Assembly: GCF_000002075.1 (NCBI RefSeq)
Contig: NW_004797572.1
Location: 421,828-485,827 of the forward strand
DNA: 64,000 bases
Reading direction: 5' to 3'
From: Aplysia californica
Lineage: Eukaryota
The notes under the pieces are model-generated. The model saw nothing but the letters and a program-made list of their open reading frames with translations. It was not told where the DNA came from and did not search any database. Every line of letters starts with the position of its first letter. The stretch's first letter is position 1. A program made the translations under genes and the position numbers. This document shows positions 1 through 10,607 of this stretch, in pieces.

Positions 1-3000
1 CTGGGGCAGGCTCGCTCCAGTCTTTGATAGATGGTCTGCAGTCTCATTCCCTGGTACTCCAGAATGGCCAGGCACCCACTGCAGTGTGACCCGGACGCCA
101 TAGATGATTGGTTCTCTGTTCTTGGGTGGGTCAAACTCCTCAAGTAGTTTTGTTGCTTCTTGCATAAAGTAGGTCTTCTGGATGCATGTTCTTGGTTCCC
201 ACTCATCTGCCATTTTCCTGTTTTCGTTCGTGTCTTCTAGCCGCTCAAATTTTTCATAGGTGTTGAGTGTGGCACTCTTTCTTCTGAGGTCCAGTGATTC
301 TATGTTGGTGTGGATTTTGTAGGCGCTTGTAGGCGTGGTCTTCATCGCGCCAGAAACAAATCTGAGTGCTTGGTTCTGTACTCTGTCAAGCTGTGAAAGG
401 GAGCTTTGGCTGGCTATGGATTGTAGTGGTATGTAGTCAATCACAGATCTGACATACCCTATATAAAGTTGTCGGAGGGTTGCTTTGTCAGCTCCCCAGT
501 TGAGTAATGAAAGGTGTTTCAGGAGGTTTAGTCTGGAGGTGGCTTTCTTGGTCAGCTCCTCTAAGTGCTCTTTGAGAGACAGCTTTCGGTCCAGTTGTAC
601 ACCAAGGTACTTGGGGTAGTCCTCATGGGAGGCCTTCCTCAAGTGTCCTCTGTGAAGAAATCTTGCTGTCACATGACGTCTGGATAGTTCTGCAAGACAG
701 AAAGTTCTTGATCCAACTGTACATCTTTCCTGCTATCCCAAGCTTTTGCATTTTGTAGAACAGTCCCAGTCTCCACACACGGTCATACGCCTGCCTCAGG
801 TCGATGAAGACGGCCACAACATTGTCTTTATCTTGAAAGGCATCGCTGGTCATCTGGGCAAATCTGATGAGGTGGTCAATAGTTCTTTTGCCTTTCCTGA
901 ATCCTGCCTATGATGTGCTGATTGTTCCAGTGTTTTCCATCCACCAGTACAGTCTGTCGTTGACCATTCTCTCGACGACCTTACCCAGGCATGATGTTAA
1001 AGAGAATGGTCTGTAGCTTGAAGGCTGGCTTGCTGGTTTGTCCTTTTTTAGTATCGGTGTGATGTTTGCTTTCTTCCATTCTTTTGGGAGCTGTCCCTCA
1101 TTCCAGGTCCTATTGAAGAAGTCCAGGAGTATCAAGAGTGAAGACTCTGTCAGGTTGAGGATCATCTCATTGGTGACGTGGTCTGGTCCAGGGGCCTTTC
1201 TCTTTTTACACTTTTTGAGGGCTGCCTTCATTTCCGTCAGATTGAACTCCTCAAACACCTCCAGGTTTGCCTTGGGGGTCTGTTCTGCCCTTTTGGTCAG
1301 CTGCTTTATTGTGTGGCTCAGTTTGTTCTGGTTTCCTTTCTTGCTGATGCTAGCAAAGTATTTATTCATAACCTCAGCTCTGCATGTTTCTCCTTTCTCA
1401 GTTGGTTTCATTGGGGTGGGGTTTTTCCTTCTTTTTGTACCTGAGAGATTGGTAAGCAGGTTCCAGGCTTTCCTCCCGTCCTTACGCAGGTCTAGTTCTC
1501 CACAGTGTTCTCTCCATGTTTGTCTTTTCGCACTTTTGGTCTTCAGTTTTACCTTGGCAGTCAGGTAGTTATAGTGCTTTCTGTTTTCGGCTGTTGGGTT
1601 CTTCTCAGCACGCCGTCTGGCTTTCTTTCTGGCCTTGGTCAGTTGTTCCAGTTCTTTGTCCCAATAAGGGCAGAACTTCTTAAGGTTCCCTCTTGGAATC
1701 GCTTCCTTAGCAGATGTCTTTAGTGCTGTGGTGATGTCCTTGTAGCACTCATCAATTGGGTTGGTCGTGCATACATCCAGGAGTCTACTTTCAAATTTCT
1801 CTTAGTCGAGCTCCCAGTTTGTTTTCTTGTAGTTCCAACTGCGTCTTATGGGGTTGGTCGGTTCTCGTTTCCTGTTGCTGGATATTTGCAGTAGGATTGG
1901 GCGGTGGTCACTTCCTATGTCATCAAGGACAGTCATGGAGCAGTGCGGGTGACGGCTCTATGAAGTAGGGTGGGAGGTGTCTTGTCATTCTGAAGTGAAA
2001 TGAGGCTGCTTGATCTCAGTAGTTTTTCTAGAACTGTTCCTGTCAAGTCTGTATCACTGTAACCCCACAGTGGAGATTGAAATCTCCCGCAAGAATGGTA
2101 TATTTATGGTCTGTATTCGGGAAGTTCAGCTCGAGAGTAGATCTCGGTGAGCAGTATACATTGTAGAAGGTGTAGGTTGTTCCATCTGACTGCTGCACAT
2201 TCACTTCCTGTATGTCAGTCTCGTCATCGGTTTCTGGGTGAGAAACCTCAGCGGTGATGTCATTACGGATGAAGGTTGCAATACCTTGACATCTGGTGCA
2301 ATTGCAGTGGTACATTGAGTAGCCTGTCAAATGGAGCTCTATCCGCTTGGGTAGTTGGGTTTCCTGTATCAGGGCTACATGAATTCTTAAGTCTGACAGT
2401 GTCTTTGCAAGCTCCATTTTCTTGTTCTGTATTGATGAGATGTTCAGTATATTCAATGTCTGTGTGTCTGTAGGTTGGGGGGGTCTGTAGTGTCTGTGTG
2501 TTGCTTGTGGCCCCTATACCTGCAGTGTGGGTCCTATGTAGCTGACTTGTCACTCCCGCCCCCGGGTGAAGGCAGAGAGCGTGGACCTTGATAACCGAGG
2601 TGACATCCGAGCTCGTATAGTTTCATCTGTTGTAGAGGCATTTTATTGGTTTGGGGGTTGTGAAGGCTTGTATGCATCCCTGTAGGATCTCAGGTAGGTG
2701 GTAGTCTTGTCCTGATACTAGCTTGTGCCCAAACATCTTGCCACAAGAGAGCAAAGGTGCAATGTTCACTGTCCTGCTTTCCATCAACCTTCACAGGGAT
2801 TTCTTAGACAGTAGACAACCGTAGGGGGTGTAGGCACACTCTAGTTCTGAGAGATGGGAGCCTCAAAGTGCAACCAATGACAAGTGATCATCTGAGCAGT
2901 CCAGTAAGGGGTCCCATTGAGTAAGGGAGTAAGGGGTAACGCATTCCTTCCACAGTGAGTCGTCTACATCACCAAGCGTAGCTTGTGTTTGCCCAATCCC

Positions 3001-3530
3001 CGCCACCAGCTGTCTCCTGACTATCTGCTATTAACATTTCCGTTCATAGGGCAGAATAATTCGAGGGATGGCCAAATCTACTCAGAGGATCATCACGTCA
3101 TGGGTCAGCGAGCATTTGCCAGGATATCTGTAGGGACGTCATCTGTTTCCAGGCAGCCTATTCCTTACAGCTACAAGGCCTTCTGGTTCTGCGGAGGCAT
3201 CTCACAATGAGTCATCTGGCAGTCTGTGGGTACCATGCCCCGTCTGTAGAGCTCCCACGAGAGGGAGGGAAGAAGATGTCGACAGTGAGTTCCGGAATGA
3301 ACAGGTTGGCCTGCTGTGATGCCAGACCTACCTTCTACGAGCCAAAGGGTCGTTGCTCATTTCGCACCTCACAGGCCTATGGTACCTCCTGGCCAGAGCT
3401 CCGCCTGCAACCCCTACTCCTATGCACAGAGCAAGGGTCCCCAGGCTGCTCGACAAGGACGGGGAGTTGACTTGGTTGAAGCTGGCTTGCCAGAGAGCGT
3501 CCGGGGTTTCACCCTCAACCCTTACAGCCC
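1..3530 (-). mobile_element. Ingi/Nimb (I-group) non-LTR retrotransposon, degenerate and internally deleted; APE endonuclease - RT - RNase H; 3' end lies outside the window
   Basis: Minus-strand pieces: APE (2043-2456: ALIQET, NVYCSP, ILAGDFN); RT (KAPGPD, SYRPFSLTSCLGKVVERM, FIDLRQAYDRVW, EEGLP); thumb (PKYLGVQLD..WGAD..LRQLY); RNase H C-terminus (VTLQWVPGHSGVPGNETADHLSK, 1-100). Frameshifts and stops present. 5' boundary set by the ribozyme G at 3530. Confidence 0.9.
3399..3530 (-). ncRNA. HDV-like self-cleaving ribozyme (degenerate) at the LINE 5' end
   Basis: Manual fold: P1 GGGCUGU/GCAGCCU, P2 CUCC/GGAG, P3 CCG/CGA, L3 UCCUUGU, P1.1 CC/GG, 11-bp P4 stem, candidate catalytic C at 3407. 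Confidence 0.7.
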
Positions 3531-3736
3531 ATGTACCTATATAAATAGACCTACTTTCATCTGATCTCACCTGTTTGTTTTCATAAGAGATTTACGACGC
3601 ACGCAACTGCATAAAGCCATATGAGCGAGCGAAAAAAAGTTGGTTCTATTCGCAAGTTCACTGCACAGCCCGATTCTGGTCAACACCTCTACTAAAATGC
3701 TAAAATACTAAAAATTAGGTGCAAATAAAATCTTAA

Positions 3737-4740
3737 CTCATTCGCTACATATTATTTTCGGCTTGTGGACGAATTTTTTTCGGAAGGGCGAAATGAGATG
3801 ATGACTAGCGCTCAGTTCAAAGGTCTGTGGGGCCACAAATTCAAATAAATATCAACATATCATGTACCAAAATTTTCAGTATGCTTTGTTGAATACATCT
3901 GTCAGGTTTATTCGTGTATTTTTCAACTTTTGTCTGCAAAAGGCGATTGATAATAAATGCAAAACAATTTTGCTTGGAGGCGGATAAAATTTGAAAATAA
4001 AAAATAAATCATCTTTGCTGAAACTAAAAAAAATATGTTTGCACTTAGCAAAATAACCATAAATGAATATAGAACTGGGAATATTGAAAAATTTGCAGTT
4101 ATTTACATGATACATTCCATAAAATTTGTACATTTGGATCATAACATCCGATATTTTTTTTTTTTAAAATGTTTTTTTTTAAATCTTGAAAAAAGGACAA
4201 TAAGTATGCATTCACAAACAGAAAAAAAAACACTCTCTATCTCATATGAAATTATTCAGAATACATGTCTTCAGTGGTACTTTTTGTGTAATTTCACCAA
4301 AAAGTAGTGATTTTGGGGAGAAAAAAATATTTTGACAATTTAGATCTCAACCTAGATCTAGCAAAAATATTGATTTACTGGCAATTTGAGTCCAATAGTA
4401 TCAATATTATAAAGAAGAGTCATACATTTCTTTAGTGAGCAAAATAATGATACATTTTGTTGTGTAAAAGTACTAAAACTGGTGTCTGGGCTATAGTTCG
4501 GGCATCCCGATAAAACAAAGTCGTATAACTACGAAATCGCGTTTCAAAACTGAATCTAAACTTCTGATTTTCAGTGGAAAGCCTGGACCGGAAGTCAATG
4601 TTATATTATAACCTTTATTTTAACATGAATATGAGGATTGGAATAAAAATTTAAGCTAGAATTACAGGACGGTTCTCGAGCCGAGCGTACGGAAGACACT
4701 GTCGCCGCACCGCTGCCCACGGCTCGGCACAGCTAATGAG
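3737..4740. mobile_element. Non-autonomous TTAA-type (piggyBac-like) DNA transposon
   Basis: TTAA on both sides (3733-3736, 4741-4744); TIR CTCATTCGCT / CTCATTAGCT; a related partial copy lies at ~8285-8760. Confidence 0.7.
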
Positions 4741-4789
4741 TTAATTCAAATTAACTTTTAAAATATATCATTAAAAGTTTTAAGGTTTT

Positions 4790-5140
4790 TTAAAATTTTC
4801 CATAAAGGCCACAAAGGCCTTTATAAAATCAAGGAATCAGTTTGGATCAACGACGGAAAACAAATCTTGCAATTTTTCGCACCTAAAATATTTCCTTCGG
4901 GTCTCTCCGAAGTCTAGATTATATTCTGTTAAAATGTGTCTAATGGTGAAATCTGTGTCACATCCGACACAGAACGGCTTCCCATCTCCCTGAAGGAGGT
5001 ATAAAATGTCAGGGATGTGTGTCCCATGCATAATCGAGTAAAAATGACATCGTCTCTTCTGGAGAGGCCCACAGGTTTTCGCGGACCCAGTTTGGGCTTA
5101 ATGCTTTGAAGTTTGTTGTTTTCTTGTCTTTGGTTGGATC
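4790..5140 (-). mobile_element. 3' fragment of an I/Nimb-group LINE (C-terminal zinc-knuckle region)
   Basis: PFCVGCDTDFTIRHILTE...RRKYF resembles the CCHC tail of I-group ORF2. Confidence 0.6.
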
Positions 5141-5863
5141 CTGATTAGACTGCTTGCAAAATAACATATTATAAATTCATGCGCCCCTCCCTCTCAATTC
5201 AACCTGAGCATTTTACTATGTGATGCAGTAGTGTTTTGTACTCCTTCTAGAAACATATCAGGAGCGTCTAGAAAGGTTATTCGAATGGGCGTAACTACTC
5301 GTAATGTCTTATCAGCTTATGAGAGGGGGTTATTCATGATGTGTTTGTAACCCTTTATAACTTTATACTAGAAAGCTATGAAAGAAAGAGTGTTATTCTC
5401 ATTGTCGATTAACACACTCCCACGGTATTCATGGCGAAAACACACGTTTCCCGGCGCACATGCTGTACACTAACAGTACACACTGGGTGACCCCGGCGGC
5501 CTGCCCGGAACGTCCGACGTAATCGGTTGCTGATAAGATTCACATCTCAGTCTCAGCACAGACGCAGGACAAGAGTTAAAGTAAATCCTGGAGTTAAGAA
5601 CGTAAACCATGGCAATTTCATTATAATAGATCTAGATCTAGATCTATTAGTAGGTAGATCTAGTAACATACTGGCTTTAGGACTTTAGGCCTTCCGTACT
5701 GATTTTGATAGCCATTGAGTATAATATAATTAACATTCATTGAGTTCAGAGTGGTCGCTCGTTACGGAAGTCTTCCCCCGGAATTGAACACTTTCTAGAT
5801 TTAGAAGAAAGTATAGATTTCTAGGCCTATCAAAAATAGAACATCTAATTTAGAATCTATACT

Positions 5864-6123
5864 TGGGAAGATTGAAGAATACCGGACCACTCGTACATTA
5901 TTGCACAAAAAAGTGGGGTAGGTGGGGCGGGTGGTTGGGGTGGAGGAGGGGGGAGGGGGGGTTCAGGGGGGTCTCCCCCCTGACAAAATTTTAATGAATA
6001 GATCTACCGGTCCGAGATTTTCCATTGAGAGATATTAAAAACGGGAAAATTAAATATTAATTCCTAAGGTTGAGACATAGAGGCAAAGTCAGTCCGCTGG
6101 TCCGGTATTCTTCAATCTTACCC
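5864..6123. mobile_element. ~260-bp G-rich MITE, copy 1
   Basis: TIR (T)GGGAAGATTGAAGAATACCGGACCA / GGGTAAGATTGAAGAATACCGGACCA; imperfect 6-bp TSD TATACT/TAAACT; near-identical inverted copy at 43397-43649. Confidence 0.85.
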
Positions 6124-6454
6124 TAAACTTGAACAAAACTGCGTAAAGGTTAACATTCATGAAACGGGCCAAACGTTTTTTGTTGTTTTGTTTTTTTTAA
6201 ATTTAAAGCAAGTCAAAAGGCAAAAAAGGAAGTATTAAAATTGGTAGCCTGCCTCAGGCTGACTGGACTTCTCACTTTCTGCAAGAGATGCTCGATAATA
6301 TAAATAATCGAAGTCAGTTTAAGTGGTCTAGAATCTAGCTTGAGCTAAAACCTGTAATTTAAAGTTCTTACCAACTCCAAGTTTAGTACGACTATCAGTT
6401 TTTCTCCAAATCTTCATTGTTATCTGCCTCTAACGATTCAGTGTAGCAGAACAC

Positions 6455-6662
6455 TTCACTTCCGCGATCATAGTTACTTCCCTGATCGCTGATTGTGTTT
6501 CAAGCAGGCAGCCATAACAGTCACGTGACAATTATCCCTTCCGATGAGTGAGCACGCATCCTGTCGCTAAGGATAACAATATGGCGTCTTGTTTGTAAAT
6601 CACAGTCAAAACAGAAGCTGTTGGCTACCGCTCGCATAATTCTGGTGTTCTTTCCGTGAAAA
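6455..6662 (+). promoter_or_regulatory. CFAP206 promoter and putative non-coding exon 1
   Basis: ETS-like ACTTCCG (~6458), palindromic E-box GTCACGTGAC 6520-6529, RFX X-box-like GTCGCTAAGGATAAC 6563-6577, YY1-like AATATGGCG from 6578, splice donor GTAAGA at 6663; matching acceptor CCACAG at 10479, just before the ATG exon. Confidence 0.55.
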
Positions 6663-7001
6663 GTAAGAATATGTCAAACCATCTCAATGTAATAACTGGG
6701 GTAATGTTTTTTTAAGATGAGGATGGTCACCATAAAGCCTTTCCCCCGTTTGCAGGGTCCTGGTAGATCTAAAATCTACTCGTGTGAACTTAAAATATAA
6801 ATCTAAATCTAGATCTAGATCTAGTCTATATGAAGTAGGGGCCTAGGCTATGATTATGAACTTGCATTTGAACTTTTTTTTTTTTATAGTCGAGGTCAGC
6901 GTAAGTAATTTCATAAGATAAAACTGAACTTAAAATCTTCAACTGACTTTAGACAGTGTTACAAATGTTTAGCTTATAAGATAGAGTATGCATGAGCTTA
7001 T

Positions 7002-7960
7002 CTAGTGTGTGAATAGGCCGTCGAGTCCGAATAACATTTTTTCATATTCGGACTGGAGTCCGAATAAAAGAATTTCATATTCGGACTCCGAATAAGAAAA
7101 AATGTTTTTCGGACACGGGTCCGGAAAAAAGTAAGTGTCTTCGTTCTATAGATCTAACGTTCAGTGCTTCCAATTTTCCGCCATTTTTTAGTTAAAATTT
7201 CCCCCACACCTTGTCTGCCGATCCAATGCCCGCTGCCTCATTGATACGCCCCCCCCTACCCCCCATGTTTCCCACTTTCTTTGTTGTAGAAAAAGGTAAA
7301 ATTTAAGATTAGCAGATCTCCTGGCACCTGCCATATTATATGAGCTGTGTAAGACAGATTCGTTCAAATACACAAGCCTGTGTCATCTCGATTGTTTACC
7401 AAGAAAAAGTTGTGTTGCTGTGTAGAGCCGAGCATACGGCAACTTTTGATTCCATAGACCAGCGCACAATTCATTACGTAGATCTACGTCAAGACTAGCT
7501 TATTATTGTAATAATGATCAGTTGCCGGGGGGAGGGGGGGGGGGGACTGACGCGTATGCGACGTTCAATGCCCGGACCGATAGCGCCCCCCCCCCCCTTT
7601 ACCCGACACACACACACAGCCACACATGTGCAGGCTGCCCATCCGACACCGACACACGCTAACGAGCCATCTTTAATTGCTTCTGATGACCTCTTGACAA
7701 ATAAACATTTATTAGAAGCGCTCTAACTTTTCAGGCTGGCCTCAAATTCATCATAAGATAAAAACTCGGCTCCGGCACAATTTAACGCCATTTTGCCCGA
7801 AGTGATCCCGGTCTCTACCCAGCCTGAGGCGAGTCACGAGTGAGGCAGGACAGGAAGCCGGAGTCACGAGTCACAGGAAGTCGGAAGTGATGTCATACTG
7901 GACAAGAATCAGAGTCCGAATAACATTTTTTCATATTCGGACTCGAGTCCGAATAGTCAT
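7002..7960. mobile_element. DNA-transposon remnant with palindromic GAGTCCGAATA..TATTCGGACTC subterminal repeats (hAT-like?)
   Basis: Hairpin units at 7023-7090 and 7912-7955; internal segment shared with the MITE at 31858-32635. Confidence 0.5.
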
Positions 7961-9034
7961 TTCGGTGTGAATAACTATGTTAAATTACTTCTGTCTTTTT
8001 TTATTTTAAGATAGATTTAACTAGATCTAATTCCCATGGTTTGTAAACTGCTCTGGTTGGATATTTTAATTCATTGATTTAATATAAAGTTGATATTTTT
8101 AAAAAGTTTGCTGCATAGATATAATACATCACTCTGCACAGCACCAAAAACTGGCCAAAACTGCTCTTCTCAGCAGCAGCTGAAAGTCATTTAATCAACA
8201 GCAGCACCACTGCCGGCTGCTCCTTAAAAGTGCATGATGTTCTATAAAAGTAGAAAAAAGAAAATTTCCGCTCTCAGTTCTCTTCATTCGCTACGTATTA
8301 TTTTCGGCTGGTGGACTAATTTTTTTTCGGGAGGGCGAATGAGATGATGACAAGTGGGCAGTTAAAAGGTATTTATTGGGGCCACAAATTCAAATAAATA
8401 TCAATTTAACGTATTATATACCAATATTTTCAGTATGGTTTGTAGAATATATCTGTAATGTTTATTTATGTATTTTTCAACTTTGGTTCCAGTAAGAGAC
8501 GATTATGCAACACAATTTTGATAGGATGCGGATAAAATTTGAAAATAAAAAATTAGTAATCTTTGGTGAAACTCATATGTTTGCACCTAGTCAAATGATA
8601 CATCAAAATAACCATAAATGAATATAGAACAGGAAAATATTGAAAAGTTTGCAGTTATTTACCTACATTTCATAATATTTTGATAGATGATGGTAAAAAT
8701 GACCTTCTGTATCTTTCTTTATTACAAATCTTTTTTAGACTTGGAAAAAAATCTCAAATTGAACACTTCGTATGTTAAAAGCCCTGTTGTCATTCATTAG
8801 CTTTAAAAAAAGTGTGTAAAACTGTCATGGTATATAACCCCACAATCGGTTTCAAGTGCACACAGAGCGGGAGCTAACCCCTGTCATGCCAACCTGACAG
8901 CATGGAGTCTGCTGAAACTACCACCCCTGGATTCGGCACTGTAGTGTCCAAATCAAAATGTGTATTTCTGTGTAATTTTTTCCTTTGTTCATCAATGATG
9001 TGGTACTTTACTTTACTTTTTACTTTTTCATATT

Positions 9035-10185
9035 CTGTTGCTGTTAATCGTCGAGGGGAGATGCAGTTTTGTATGGTAGGCCAGCTCCGCAGCCCTTTCA
9101 GTTGTGATGTTATGTTTTCTTAGGGTTTCCTTGACACCATCGATACACCTTTTGTGTGGCTTTCCTCTTCCTTTATAACCTGAGTGCTTGGGGTTTTAGG
9201 CTTTCGAGGCTTGCTGGTCAGGTGACATGCATAACAGGTGGCCAGACCATTTTATCCTCTGTCTTTCTATGTAATGCAGGCAGGACTCAGTGCCGATAGC
9301 TGCTCTTACTTCTTCATTTCTCTGCCTGTCTCATATAGTGATGTTAAGGGTTTTGCGGAGACATTTCATTTCTCATGCAGTGATTTTGCTTCCATGGGTT
9401 TTGCTTAAAGTCCAGGTCTGGCACTGATAACATTATGTTGGTATGAGTATTGAGGTGATAAGCTGTCTCTTTGTGTCCGTGGAGATGTTTGGATGAGATA
9501 GGAGGGGTGCGAGCTGGTAGGTGACAGCGTTTGCTTTTTTAGTTCGCATTTCTATTTCTCTATCTATGAACATGTTTTCAGAAAAAGTGCTGCCAAGATA
9601 TTTAAAGTCCTTCACCTGTTTCAGTTGTTTACTATTGACATGGATATTCAGGAGACTATGGTTTCAGCTCACTTTCATAACTTCTGTTTTTGATGTGCTT
9701 ATTTTCATGTTGAATTTTTCACAGCTGTTGTTGAGTTCGGTAGTGTGATTTTGGAGGCTTTGTTTGTCATGATGAATAAGACATTGGTCGCCTGCTAACA
9801 GAAATTCATTTAGGTTTTCTGGGCTTTGGTTTGCGTCTTGCGTTATTGTGTACATATATATTATAAACAGGAGGGGAGAAAGAACGCATCCCTATCGTAC
9901 TCCAGATCTTACTTTGAACCAGTCTGTATTGCCTTCCCTAGTTCTGCTGTTGGTATATAGAGCTCTGACATTATCTAACATTTGTCCTCTGACGCTATAC
10001 TTTTCGAGTATCTTCCAGAGTTTTACATGGTTTACTCTGTCAAAAGCCTTCTCCTGGTCTATAAAGACGATGTTGGATTTTTTGTTGTGTTCGATTGTTT
10101 TTTTACATATCTGTCGTAATGCGAATACAGCATCCATGCATCCTCTTCCCTTTCGGAATCGAAACTGAGCTTTGCTCAAATTTCT
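9035..10185 (-). mobile_element. RTE-clade LINE, 5'-truncated, degenerate RT and 3' end
   Basis: QFRFRKGRGCMDAVFALRQ..FIDQEKAFDRV, FKVRSGVR, MKISTSKTEVM, FKYLGS; stops and frameshifts. Confidence 0.85.
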
Positions 10186-10499
10186 CTGTTGTAGTAATGA
10201 TGTAGTAATGCTCTCAATTTGAAATTCTTTTCCTTTTGCCTAAGTATTTAGGGTCGACTTGAGACTGGTTTTTGGTTTGTTCTTTCTACTGTCATTCCAG
10301 AGAGTTACCCGGTTTAATGCCTTGAAAAAGAGATTATTGCATGGCCATTTGCAAATTTCATTGGCAGAGGTAAACAGTTCTTTTAGTTTAATTGGGATCA
10401 CTCAATGTTCTCATACTGTAACCTTGAATGGAAATAATGTTTACTATTGGAGCTATATAGAAGTTTATGATATCCACAGATACACTAAAAAAAAGCAAA

Positions 10500-10607
10500 A
10501 TGTCTCGAGCTCAAGCAGAAAGTGTCATTAAAAACATCATCAGGGAAATTGCTCAGGAATGTGCTGGAAAAGGTCAAGCTGTGTCAGAGACACTGGTGGC
10601 TTTCATG
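10500..10607 (+). CDS. CFAP206: CFAP206 coding exon 1
   Basis: MSRAQAESVIKNIIREIAQECAGKGQAVSETLVAFM|gtttgt. Confidence 0.95.

Noticed and set aside
1038-1568. Long + strand ORFs antisense to LINEs or the transporter (also 41210-41872, 19632-20021, 47232-47579)
   Set aside because: Shadow frames of real coding sequence on the opposite strand.
2540-2640. Possible 2A peptide upstream of the LINE endonuclease (as in some ingi elements)
   Set aside because: The closest reading is GYQGPR; no DxExNPGP found in the frames examined.
6372-6417. MKIW start resembling PRELID3/Slowmo
   Set aside because: The following residues (RKTDSRTKLGV) do not match MKIWTSEH; gene identity not assigned.
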